From: Planctomycetota bacterium
GTDB taxonomy: Bacteria > Planctomycetota > B15-G4
Reading direction: 5' to 3'
Length of the DNA: 64,000 nucleotides
Assembly: GCA_038212275.1 (NCBI GenBank)
Contig: JBBQUR010000016.1
Coordinates: 32,001 to 96,000, forward strand
Shown here: one piece after another, positions 36,802-46,048 of the stretch
Layout: each line of letters starts with the position of its first letter
Numbering within the stretch: the stretch's first letter is position 1
Notes under the pieces: generated by a model
What the model was told of the DNA's origin: nothing
Database searches by the model: none
The model's input: the letters and a program-made list of their open reading frames with translations, nothing else
Made by a program: the position numbers and the translations under genes

Positions 36802-38337
36802 GTGCCGTCCGGGCGGCCCCACGTTTCCGGGCACCACCACGCCATGCTCTCCGCCTCCCACGGGGCCAAGCGCGCTCTCGAACTCGTCGCAGCGACGCTT
36901 GCGCTCGTCCTTCAGCTGCCGCTCGTTCCGATCGTGGCGCTGGCCATCGTGGTCGAGTCGCGCGGGCCGGTCTTCGTGCTCCGCCCCGCGGTGGGCGTGC
37001 AGCTTCGGCGGCCGCGCGCGGGCAGGGACGTCTCGGACCACCCGCGTCGCGTGCACGACGTCGGCGGCGCGCTGCTGCGGCTGCCCGAGTACCGGCTCAC
37101 CACGGTGCCGCGCGACGGGCAGCCCGCCCGGCTCACCCGGGTGGGCCGGCTGTTGCGCAGGACGCGACTCGCACAAGGTCCCCGCTTCCTCAGCGTGCTC
37201 CTCGGAGACCTCGCGCTGGTCGGCACGCGACCGCTTTCGCCGCAGTGCGTCGCGGAGCTGCGGGCGCGCGTGCCGGGCTGGGACGCACTGCTCGTCGGCC
37301 TGAAGCCCGGCCTTTTCGGGCCGGCGCAGGCGCAGGGTCGGCTCGGTGGCGGATGGGTCGCCGCGCTGCGTGACCGCGTGCTCTTCGAGGTCGATTACGC
37401 CGAGCGACTGTCGCATGCCACTCGTGTGCGCGACGTGCTGGCGCTCGACCTGTCGGTGGTGCGCGCGTGCTGCGCGCGCGCGCTGAGATCGCGCGTGCCG
37501 CTCGGGCACGAAGTCATCCGGATCGACGCGCCGTCGCAACTGCAGCAGGCGTCCGTGGACGTGCGGGCGCTTCTCCGGCCTGCCGGCAGCGGGCTCGCCG
37601 ATTCCGGCGTGCCGCGCCGCGGGCCGTCGGTGGAGCTGCACCAGCACGGCGCGCGGCTCACGGCCTTCTGGTATCCACCGCGACACCTCTCGCTGCACCG
37701 GTCGCTGCACCGGCCGACTGTCCGCCAGCCGGTGGCGCTGGGTCGGGCGGCTGCCATCGACCTGCTGCACACTGCCGACGAGCCGTTCGAAGCGCGCTGG
37801 GTCGTGCCCGAGGAGCGTCGCGATTGCCAGCTTCTCGTCGTGCACGCGCTGCGTGCAGACGGCGCGACGGCGACGCTGCCCCCCGACGAACTCCACGTGG
37901 ACCTGCCCGGCGGCTTGCACGAAGTGGCGCGCCTCTGCGAGCAATTCCTGCCGCTGTGGGAATCGTTGGGCCGCCGGCGCGGCGATGACGCGCTGCCGAA
38001 CCGCGTGACGCGCCTGATGCTCGCCGGATTCTCGCGCCTCGCGGCGGGCCGGGAGGACGGGCGCATCACGCTCGACGTGCACGTCGCCGGGGACCGCATC
38101 GTGCTGCAGTTCACGGCACAGCTTCCGCTGCCCGGCCTGACCGAGCGGAGTGAGCAGCCGCTGCCGCGCATGGTGCTCGCGCCGTCGCTCGGTGCGGTGC
38201 CCGTGATGGCCGGCATGCCCGCGGCACTGGCCACGCCGGCGCCTCACCGGTCGCAGCCGCAGGCTCACGTGCCGGTCCCGTCACCCGCGCAGACGCAGGC
38301 GCTGAACCCTTCGCGACCGCCCTTCAGGCCGCACTGA
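36802..38337 (+). CDS. Degenerate sugar-transferase (monotopic PGT) domain fused to unknown C-terminal domains
   Basis: KRALEL...ESRGPVF, TRVGRLLRRTRL, GDLALVGTRP, KPGLFGPAQ; the usual DELPQ reads AQGPR. Confidence 0.7.
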   Translation: MPSGRPHVSGHHHAMLSASHGAKRALELVAATLALVLQLPLVPIVALAIVVESRGPVFVLRPAVGVQLRRPRAGRDVSDHPRRVHDVGGALLRLPEYRLTTVPRDGQPARLTRVGRLLRRTRLAQGPRFLSVLLGDLALVGTRPLSPQCVAELRARVPGWDALLVGLKPGLFGPAQAQGRLGGGWVAALRDRVLFEVDYAERLSHATRVRDVLALDLSVVRACCARALRSRVPLGHEVIRIDAPSQLQQASVDVRALLRPAGSGLADSGVPRRGPSVELHQHGARLTAFWYPPRHLSLHRSLHRPTVRQPVALGRAAAIDLLHTADEPFEARWVVPEERRDCQLLVVHALRADGATATLPPDELHVDLPGGLHEVARLCEQFLPLWESLGRRRGDDALPNRVTRLMLAGFSRLAAGREDGRITLDVHVAGDRIVLQFTAQLPLPGLTERSEQPLPRMVLAPSLGAVPVMAGMPAALATPAPHRSQPQAHVPVPSPAQTQALNPSRPPFRPH

Positions 38338-38453
38338 AGCGTCGCGTCGCGTCACGCGCGTGGCGTGGCGCCGTGCGCCTCTCGGTGCGGCCTCGCCGTG
38401 CACCTTGCGGGGGCTTCCCTTCGGCGCGGGCTGGCAGACACAATGCCCGGCCC

Positions 38454-40109
38454 ATGACCCGCCTGCACAGCACCTACGTCCGCGATGAGACCTCGGCCCG
38501 CGCCGCCCGCAAGACCTGGGCGCGCATGCTGGAGAGTTACGACCAGCAGGAAGCGAAGCTGCGCGAGGGCGGCGGCGCCAAGGCCATCGAGCGCCAGCAC
38601 AAGAAGGGGCGGCTCACCGCGCGCGAGCGGATCGCGCTGCTGCTCGACAAGGACACGGAGCTGTTCGAGCTGGGTCTCTTTGCGGCGCACGGCATGTACG
38701 CGGAGTGGGGCGACGTGCCCGCCGCGGGTGTCGTCGCCGGCATCGGCACGGTGGCCGGCCGCCGCTTCATGATCATCGCGAACGACGCCACCGTGAAGGC
38801 GGGCGCGTTCTTCCCGATGACCGCCAAGAAGGTCATCCGCAACCAGCGCATCGCGCTCGACAACCACCTCCCGGTGCTCTACCTCGTGGACAGCGCGGGC
38901 GTCTTCCTCCCGCTTCAGGATGAGGTCTTCCCGGACGAGGACGACTTCGGGCGCGTCTTCCGCCACAACGCCGTGCTCTCCGCGCAGGGCATCAGCCAGA
39001 CGGCCGCCATCATGGGCAGCTGCGTCGCCGGCGGCGCCTATCTGCCCGTCATGTGCGACACGCTGCTCATGACCGAGGGCAGCGGCCTGTATCTCGCGGG
39101 CCCCGCGCTGGTGAAGGCCGCCATCGGGCAGGAAGTGGACAGCGAGACGCTCGGCGGCGTCGGCATGCACAGCGCCGTGTCGGGCACGGTGGACTTCCGC
39201 GAGAAGGACGACGAGGCCGCTATTGCGCGGCTGCGCGCCATCGCGGGGCGCCTCGGGCCTGCAGGCCCCGCGCCGTTCAACCGCATCAAGGCCCGGCCGC
39301 CGCGCCTCGACGCCGAGGAGCTGGCCGGCATCGTCCCGCTGGAGGGCGGCAAGGGCTACGACATGCGCGAGGTCATCGCGCGCCTCGTGGACGACAGCGA
39401 TTTCGACGAATACCGCGCCGAGTACGGCCGCACGCTGGTGACCGGCTTCGCGCGGCTGGGCGGCTGGGCCGTCGGCATCGTCGCCAACCAGCGCATCAAC
39501 TCCATGAGCGCCGAGCACGGCATGGAGTTCGGCAGCGTGATCTACACCGAGAGCGCCGAGAAAGCCGCGCGCTTCATCATGGACTGCAACCAGAACCGGC
39601 TGCCGCTCGTGTTCCTGCACGACGTGTCGGGCTTCATGGTCGGGCGCGACGCGGAGCACAGCGGCATCATCAGGGCGGGCGCCAAGATGGTGAACGCCGT
39701 GGCCAACAGCGTGGTGCCGAAGATCTCCGTGATCGTCGGCGGCAGTTTCGGCGCCGGCCATTACGCGATGTGCGGCCGGGCCTACGACCCGCGCTTCCTC
39801 TTCGCGTGGCCGTCGGCGCGCTACGCCGTGATGAGCGGCGACGCCGCGGCCAAGACGCTGGTGGACATCCGCGTGGCGCAGCTCGAGCGCGACGGTCACC
39901 CCGTCGATCCGGACGGCCGCGAGAAACTGCTGCGCGAGACCAAGGCCCGCTACACCGAGGCGCAGGACCCGCGCTACGGCGCCGCGCGCCTCTGGGTGGA
40001 CGCCATCATCCGCCCGGCCGACACGCGCGCCGCGCTCATCACCGCACTGGACGTCGCCGCGCTGAACCCCGACGTCCCGCCCTTCCGCACCGGCGTGCTG
40101 CAGTGCTGA
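38454..40109 (+). CDS. Acyl-CoA carboxylase beta subunit (methylcrotonyl-CoA carboxylase-like)
   Basis: KGRLTARERI, ANDATVKAG, LVDSAG, GSCVAGGAY, GGSFGAGHYAMCGRAY, ARLWVD. Confidence 0.93.
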   Translation: MTRLHSTYVRDETSARAARKTWARMLESYDQQEAKLREGGGAKAIERQHKKGRLTARERIALLLDKDTELFELGLFAAHGMYAEWGDVPAAGVVAGIGTVAGRRFMIIANDATVKAGAFFPMTAKKVIRNQRIALDNHLPVLYLVDSAGVFLPLQDEVFPDEDDFGRVFRHNAVLSAQGISQTAAIMGSCVAGGAYLPVMCDTLLMTEGSGLYLAGPALVKAAIGQEVDSETLGGVGMHSAVSGTVDFREKDDEAAIARLRAIAGRLGPAGPAPFNRIKARPPRLDAEELAGIVPLEGGKGYDMREVIARLVDDSDFDEYRAEYGRTLVTGFARLGGWAVGIVANQRINSMSAEHGMEFGSVIYTESAEKAARFIMDCNQNRLPLVFLHDVSGFMVGRDAEHSGIIRAGAKMVNAVANSVVPKISVIVGGSFGAGHYAMCGRAYDPRFLFAWPSARYAVMSGDAAAKTLVDIRVAQLERDGHPVDPDGREKLLRETKARYTEAQDPRYGAARLWVDAIIRPADTRAALITALDVAALNPDVPPFRTGVLQC

Positions 40110-40597
40110 GCCCCGTGGCCACCGGCCGCGTCCTGCAGATCAACCTCAGCGACGGCGGCGTGCCCAAGCGCCCGGTGCTCGCAGGCCTCGCCGTGCATGT
40201 CACGCGCGACGGCATCCGCGGCGATCGCCAGCACGACCTGCGCCACCACGGCGGCCCGGACCGCGCCGTGTGCGTGTTCAGCGTGGACGTGATGGCGCGC
40301 CTCGCCGAGGAAGGCCACCCGATTGCGCCCGGCACCTCCGGAGAAAACCTCACGCTGGCGGGCCTCGACTGGGCCCACGTGCGGCCCGGCTGCCGGCTCG
40401 TCTTCGAGCGCGGCGTGGTGCTGGAGGCCACGGCCTTCGCGCCGCCCTGTCGGACCATCGCGGAAAGCTTCCGCGACGGCCAGTTCGAGCGCATCAGCGA
40501 CAAGCGCCACCCGGCCGAGAGCCGCGTCTACTGCCGCGTGCTCACCGAGGGCGAACTGCGCGCGGGCGAGAGCGTCGTGGTGCTGGCCGGCGGCTGA
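40103..40597 (+). CDS. MOSC-domain protein (YiiM-like)
   Basis: GGVPK, HHGGPDRAV, GENLT, PPC, RVLTEGELRAG. Start GTG 40103 or 40115. Confidence 0.88.
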   Translation: MLSPVATGRVLQINLSDGGVPKRPVLAGLAVHVTRDGIRGDRQHDLRHHGGPDRAVCVFSVDVMARLAEEGHPIAPGTSGENLTLAGLDWAHVRPGCRLVFERGVVLEATAFAPPCRTIAESFRDGQFERISDKRHPAESRVYCRVLTEGELRAGESVVVLAGG

Positions 40598-40661
40598 GCC
40601 ATCCGCAGGGGGCGAGTCACTTGATCCGGTAAACTCCGCGGCGCACTCGCGGGGGAATGTC

Positions 40662-40889
40662 ATGCCGGATCGGGGTGGCTGCAGGGCGCACGCGGCGTTG
40701 CTGCTCGTGTTGTCGTGGGTGGCGTGGACGGCATGGACGGCATGGCCGGTGTGCGCGCAGCAGGCCGCGCCGCCGGCACAGGTCGACTCGTGGGACCCGC
40801 AGCTGGATCCGTGGGGTACGGAGGGCGGCCGGATCTACGCCACGTGCATGCTCGCGATGGCTGCCATGGAGGCCGCCCGGCACGACTGA
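40662..40889 (+). CDS. 75-aa mini-ORF: signal peptide plus SWDP...WGxxGGRIY motif; possible gene remnant
   Basis: GGGGGA RBS; hydrophobic leader; SWDPQLDPWGTEGGRIYATCM. Confidence 0.5.
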   Translation: MPDRGGCRAHAALLLVLSWVAWTAWTAWPVCAQQAAPPAQVDSWDPQLDPWGTEGGRIYATCMLAMAAMEAARHD

Positions 40890-40917
40890 TCGCGCCGCAC
40901 GCTAGACTCGTCGCAGC

Positions 40918-41904
40918 ATGAGCCAGTTGAACGACGCGTCCGCCACCGTTGCCGTCTGCGAGACGCTGCGCGACGCGTGGCAGGGGCTGCCACACGTGGT
41001 GCCGACCGCGCAGAAGATCGCGTTCGCGCAGCGGCTGCTCGACCTCGGCTTCACGCGGCTGGACGTCGGCTCCTTCGTCTCGCCGCGGCGCGTGCCGACG
41101 ATGGCGGACACCGAGGCACTGCTCGCCGGACTGCGCGTGCCGGCCGGCGCGCGGCTCACGGCGCTCGTCGCCAGCGAGTCCGGGCTGCAGCGGCTGCTCG
41201 CCGCGCGCTGCGCAAGTGGCTGCGCGACCGCGGGCACCAACGCGGGCACCAACGCGGGCACCGCCGGCGGCGCGACCGTTGGCACGACCAGCGGCGCGAC
41301 CGCAGGCGGCCCCGGCGTGAGCGAGGTCCTGTATCCGTTCTCATTGTCCGAGACCTTCCAGCGCCGCAACACCGAGCGCGGACGCGCCGAGGCCTTCGCG
41401 CTGCTGGAGTCCGTCGTGTCCGGCGCGCACGGCGCGGGCCGCACGGTCTACGCCACCATCTCCATGGCCTTCGGCAACAATGAGGGCGACGCCTTCGATC
41501 CGGTCGAGCTGCGCGAGTGGGTGGCGCGCATGCACGCCGCCGGGGTCGATCGCGTGGGGCTCGCGGACACGACGGCGATGGCCACGCCGCAGAGCATCGC
41601 CGCGATCTACGCGGCGGTCATGCGCGATGCGCGCTGGCCCGTGCCGGGCGCCCACCTGCACGTCTCGGCGCAGAACCAGCGCGTCCTCGTGGACGCGGTG
41701 CTCGACGCCGGCTGCCGCGATCTTGACGCGGCGCTCGGCGGTCTCGGCGGCTGCCAGTTCGCGAAGGGCGCGCTGAGCAACGTGTCCACGCTGCCGCTTG
41801 CACGACATCTCGCGGAGCGCGGGCTGCGGCTCGACCTGCCGGCCGCCGCGCTTGCCGCGCTGCCCGAGCTGGACGCCGCCGCGCAGGCGCTCGCGGCGGG
41901 ATGA
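40918..41904 (+). CDS. Hydroxymethylglutaryl-CoA lyase
   Basis: RDAWQ, SFVSPRRVPTMAD, LADT, AHLH, GLGGCQFA...NVST; Ala/Gly/Thr insertion. Confidence 0.88.
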   Translation: MSQLNDASATVAVCETLRDAWQGLPHVVPTAQKIAFAQRLLDLGFTRLDVGSFVSPRRVPTMADTEALLAGLRVPAGARLTALVASESGLQRLLAARCASGCATAGTNAGTNAGTAGGATVGTTSGATAGGPGVSEVLYPFSLSETFQRRNTERGRAEAFALLESVVSGAHGAGRTVYATISMAFGNNEGDAFDPVELREWVARMHAAGVDRVGLADTTAMATPQSIAAIYAAVMRDARWPVPGAHLHVSAQNQRVLVDAVLDAGCRDLDAALGGLGGCQFAKGALSNVSTLPLARHLAERGLRLDLPAAALAALPELDAAAQALAAG

Positions 41905-43328
41905 GCAGTTCGTCTGGCGACGCTCGCGCGCCGTCGAGTGATCGCGGCAGCGACGGCGGCGGCGACGACGGCGGCGACAGCGGCCGCGCGCGCGTCGGTC
42001 GCTCCGCGTGGGGTGCGTGGGCGCTCCTGGTGGCCGTGGGCATCGCGATCGTTCTCGTGGTGCCTCGCTCGGAGTGGTTCCAGATCAGTTTCCTGCCGGC
42101 GGCGTATGCGGACTCGGACTACGAGCTGCACTGGGCCGCGTCGCAGGCGCTGATCCGCGGACAGGATCCGTACGACCAGGAGACCGTGGCCCCGTTCGGC
42201 GCCGCAACGGGCCGGACGTACACGCCCTTCTGCGCCGCGTTTCCGCTCATGGTGCGCCTGTTCGCGCTGACGGGCGGCAAGGACGTCGAGCACTTCGAGG
42301 AGGGTTATCGCGCGACGCGGGCGATCAACCTCGGGCTGCTGCTGGTGTCGGTGCTTCTGCTCGCGGGAGTTCTCCGGAACGCGACGTGCGGACGCGCCTC
42401 CGTGCACGCTGCCGCGGCGCTTGCGGCTGCGGCGGGCCTGCTCGCGTTCAACGACGGCACGTGGATGGCGCTGCACTACAACCAGCTCAACTTCCTCGCA
42501 CTCGCGGCGGTGTGCGGCGCGCTCTGCGCGGCGCAGCGCGGGCGGCCGGGCGCCGAGGGCGCGTTGCTCGCGGTCGCCGCGCTGGCCAAGACCTCGCCGG
42601 CGCTGCTCATCGTCGTCGCGGCGATGGCGGGGCGCTGGCGCACGGTGCGCGCGGCGGCGCTCACGGCCGTCGCTCTCGGGGCGTTGTCCGTGGCGTGGAA
42701 CGGATGGGCCGCGCACGTCTCGTGGCTGGCCATGGTCGACCGCGAACTCGGATACGTCGCGACGTTGCGCCCGGGCTTCTTCAACAACAGTCTTCACGCG
42801 TGGAATCTGTCGCCCAACGGCGCGTTGTCGCGGGCCGGCAACGTGGCTGGCTGGTCTTCGGCCATCGTGCGCGCCGCCGTGTGGGCCGTCACGGTCACGG
42901 TGCTCGCGACGCTCTGGATCGCCGTGCGCCGCTCCGTGACCGCCGGCCGCAGCCGCGCCGACAGCGGTGATGCCGAGGCCCGTGCGCTCGCGGCGCGCAT
43001 CCTGTTCGCGCAGTACGCGCTGGGCGTGTGCGCGTCGGTGCTCGTGTCGAGCGTGACGTGGAGTCCGCATCTCTCGCTTGCCGTGGTGCCGGCCCTGTGG
43101 TTCGTGCAGATCTCGTGGTCGGGGCCCGCGCCTCACGTGAAGGCCTGGTTGCTGGCCGGCGGGCTGGCCTACGCGATGCTCTGTCTGCCGCTTGGCACCT
43201 TCGGCACGCCATGGGATGTGCGCCGCGACGTCGACCTCAAGCTCGCCGCGTGCGCGCTGCTTTTCCTGGCGACGTGGTTCCTGGCGGCCGACGAGCCGCT
43301 CAACTCTCCGCGCCACGGCGGCCGATGA
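41901..43328 (+). CDS. GT87 (DUF2029)-like polytopic glycosyltransferase
   Basis: Multiple TM helices; QDPY, LHYNQLN, AKTSPAL, WSPH. Confidence 0.75.
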   Translation: MSSSSGDARAPSSDRGSDGGGDDGGDSGRARVGRSAWGAWALLVAVGIAIVLVVPRSEWFQISFLPAAYADSDYELHWAASQALIRGQDPYDQETVAPFGAATGRTYTPFCAAFPLMVRLFALTGGKDVEHFEEGYRATRAINLGLLLVSVLLLAGVLRNATCGRASVHAAAALAAAAGLLAFNDGTWMALHYNQLNFLALAAVCGALCAAQRGRPGAEGALLAVAALAKTSPALLIVVAAMAGRWRTVRAAALTAVALGALSVAWNGWAAHVSWLAMVDRELGYVATLRPGFFNNSLHAWNLSPNGALSRAGNVAGWSSAIVRAAVWAVTVTVLATLWIAVRRSVTAGRSRADSGDAEARALAARILFAQYALGVCASVLVSSVTWSPHLSLAVVPALWFVQISWSGPAPHVKAWLLAGGLAYAMLCLPLGTFGTPWDVRRDVDLKLAACALLFLATWFLAADEPLNSPRHGGR

Positions 43329-43362
43329 CGCGGCATCCGCTCCGCCCGACCCGGAGACCCGC

Positions 43363-43634
43363 ATGATCAGGCGACTCGGCATCGCGCTCACGACGCTGGG
43401 CGGCGTTCGTCGCCTGTGGCCTGCCGCTCCGGCCTGTCCCGTACAGCGACGTGAGCCTGCCTGGCAATCCATCCGGCGTCACGTGGTTGCTGCTGGCGGC
43501 GTTCGTCGCCGGCGTGGCGGATCGCATGCTGCGGAACTCCGCGCGCACGTCGATCCTCGCGGTCGCCGCAGGCTTCGGGCGTGAAGACGCTCGGTCAGCC
43601 CTCGGTGATGCTGCTTCTCGACAGCTCGTTCTGA
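43363..43634 (+). pseudogene. Possible frameshifted membrane-protein remnant
   Basis: GGAG + ATG 43363 (MIRRLGIALTTL); hydrophobic text continues only after frame changes near 43397 and 43578. Confidence 0.3.
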
Positions 43635-43653
43635 CCCGCAGCGCCGGCGCGCG

Positions 43654-44880
43654 TCACCTGCCCTGCCGCTCCGGCGCGGCGGCGTCCAGCTTCGCGAGGC
43701 TTCGGGCGTAGCTCTCGATGCCGGAGCGCGCGCTCAGGCCGTGGAGCAGGATGCTGAGCAGCACGGTCACGACGACGGTGAGGCGGATGACTGGCTCGCC
43801 GGGCTCGGGCGGGCCCTGCTCCAGGAAGACGAGGCCGAGCACGATGGACGCGAGGCCGCGTGGTCCGAACCAGCCCATGAAGAGCACGGTCGCACGCGAG
43901 AGTTTCGTGCCGGCGAGCGCGAGCGCCACGGGCAGCATGCGCACGAGGGTGAGGCTGAGCAGCGCGTAGAGCAGGTGCGGCGCGGCGAAGAGGCGCCAGT
44001 CCCGCGCGACGACCATGCCGAAGCAGAAGAAGACGGCGAGGTTGAGGACCTGGCCCCACTCGTCGGCGAACTCGACGCTGTGCTTGCCGGCCTCCTTGTA
44101 GCGGACCTGCACGACGAGGCCGGCGACGAAGGACGCGATGAACATGCTCGCGCCCACAGGCTTGCACGCGAGCACGCAGGCCAGCGGCAGGGCGACGACG
44201 GCGAGCTGCCGCGCGGAGTCCGCCATCCACCCCCGCCGCGCGGCCGCGGCGAGCAGCCATCCGCCGCAGAGGCCGATGGCGATGCCGATGAGCGCGCCCA
44301 GGCCGAGCTGCTCCCCGACGAAGCGCGCGAGATTGGCCTCGTGCGTGGCGATGCCGCCCGTCGTTGCCAGCGCCATGAAGAAAAGGAGGAAGGGCACGGA
44401 GAGCCCGTCGTTGAGGCCGGCCTCGACGTTGAGCGCACGGCGGATGCGCTCCGGGACACGCGGGCTGTTCACGATGACCTGCCCAAGGCCCGCGTCCGTC
44501 GGCGCGAGGATGGCTGCGAGGATGCCCGCTTCCCAGAACGAGAACTGCGGGAAGACGAGCAGCGCGGCAAGTGCGCCGAGCAGGATCGTCAGCAGCATGC
44601 CCGTGCCGAGCAGGCGCATCGGCAGGCTGTGCCGGATCCGCAGCGCACCGAGGTCCGTACGGCTCGCGTCGGTGAAGAGCAGCAGCACGAGGCCGATCTC
44701 GGCGACGTGAAGGAACACGCCGGCCTGGCCCTCCGCCCATTTCATGTCACCTGTCACGAGGAGCAGCGCGAAGCCCGCCACGGTGAACACGATGGGCGGC
44801 GTGAGCACGCTTCGCTCCAGCCGCCCGGAGACGAGGCTGTGGACGAAGACGAGCGCGAGAAACGCGGCGACGAGACTCAC
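43654..44880 (-). CDS. Cation:proton antiporter (CPA1/NhaP-like)
   Basis: LLLFTDA, LAPTDA, NVEAGLNDG, GWFGPRGLAS. Confidence 0.93.
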   Translation of the reverse strand: MSLVAAFLALVFVHSLVSGRLERSVLTPPIVFTVAGFALLLVTGDMKWAEGQAGVFLHVAEIGLVLLLFTDASRTDLGALRIRHSLPMRLLGTGMLLTILLGALAALLVFPQFSFWEAGILAAILAPTDAGLGQVIVNSPRVPERIRRALNVEAGLNDGLSVPFLLFFMALATTGGIATHEANLARFVGEQLGLGALIGIAIGLCGGWLLAAAARRGWMADSARQLAVVALPLACVLACKPVGASMFIASFVAGLVVQVRYKEAGKHSVEFADEWGQVLNLAVFFCFGMVVARDWRLFAAPHLLYALLSLTLVRMLPVALALAGTKLSRATVLFMGWFGPRGLASIVLGLVFLEQGPPEPGEPVIRLTVVVTVLLSILLHGLSARSGIESYARSLAKLDAAAPERQGR

Positions 44881-45758
44881 TGGCTCTCGATGCCCAGCCT
44901 CATGCTCACAAGCATGCTGAAGGGCTGCGTGTCTTCCTTGTCTGCAGCCTCCGCCTTCATGCTCGTCTTGACGGCCAGGCTTCCGTTGACGAATCCGACC
45001 TTGTCGAGTGCCAGCTGGAGGTTGCCTGATCCGGTGTTTTCAAAGGAGATCAATCGGATCCGCTCGGTCGGCGTGCCGGGCGGGACGAAGACCTGTGCAG
45101 GTGCCTTCAGGGACACCGCAAACGAGACGGAGACCATGTTCCCCTCGATGCCGGTGAGCGTGCAGGTCGAGCGCTGCCGGACGTCCATGCCGTCGAGAAC
45201 AAGGTTTTCCTCGACCTGCCATCGAGCTCCGATGCCGACAGGCTCCTCCGGCAGCGTCCAGGCCGAGGCGACGAGCGACTGGTTCATCCCCCCGAGCGCC
45301 TGCTGCTCAGGCGTCAGCGACTCCTGGTTGATGATCCCCTGCTCCTTGATGACGCCTCGGTGGCTCTCCACGACGAACCAGCCGAGCCCCTCCAACGCCT
45401 TGAGAAAGGCTTGCGCTCCCTCGGAATCCGCCGAGACCTTGCGGACGAAGCTCTCGAAGCGGATGTCGTTCCCGGGCGTGACGTCGACGACCTCGGTGTC
45501 GAACCAGATGCGCGCGGCGTGAGTGGTCGAGTCCGCGGGCGTCGCCTCATCGGAGGACGCGGGCGTCTCGATCTCGAAGGTGAACAAGGTGGATGACTTG
45601 TCGCCGGGCCGGGCTTGCAGCCGGAGCTCGGTGAGCGGGGCTCGGCCCGGGCCGAGGAGAGTGACACTCACGGTGCCCACGCCTGGCGCGGTCGCGGCGG
45701 GGCCGGCGCACCCGAGGCCGACGAGAATCGCGGAGCAGAGCAATGACCTGGGAGACAT
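44877..45758 (-). CDS. Hypothetical lipoprotein (DUF6263-like)
   Basis: AGGAGG RBS; lipobox LGC; LPEEPVGIGARW motif; overlaps the antiporter start. Confidence 0.7.
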   Translation of the reverse strand: MSPRSLLCSAILVGLGCAGPAATAPGVGTVSVTLLGPGRAPLTELRLQARPGDKSSTLFTFEIETPASSDEATPADSTTHAARIWFDTEVVDVTPGNDIRFESFVRKVSADSEGAQAFLKALEGLGWFVVESHRGVIKEQGIINQESLTPEQQALGGMNQSLVASAWTLPEEPVGIGARWQVEENLVLDGMDVRQRSTCTLTGIEGNMVSVSFAVSLKAPAQVFVPPGTPTERIRLISFENTGSGNLQLALDKVGFVNGSLAVKTSMKAEAADKEDTQPFSMLVSMRLGIESQ

Positions 45759-46048
45759 GCATTCCTCCTGAAGCCCGATGGCGTGGGGGCAGCCCGAAGC
45801 GCGTGCCATCGTAGCGCCGCGGCCCCTCGCGAGAGCCGGCGACGGCGGAAGGCGCGATGACCGCGGCCTCTTCCACGCGCTCCCGCACCGGCACCGCCCG
45901 CATTCGCCCGCAGTCACCAGCACCGCCGGCACTGCCCGAAGTCACCGGCAGTCACCAGCACCGCCCTCAGTTGCTGCGCAGCAATCGGAGTGTCATCAGA
46001 CGGCTCGCCCCGGACGGGATACGCTGCCCGCCCCCTAGGAGAGTCCCC

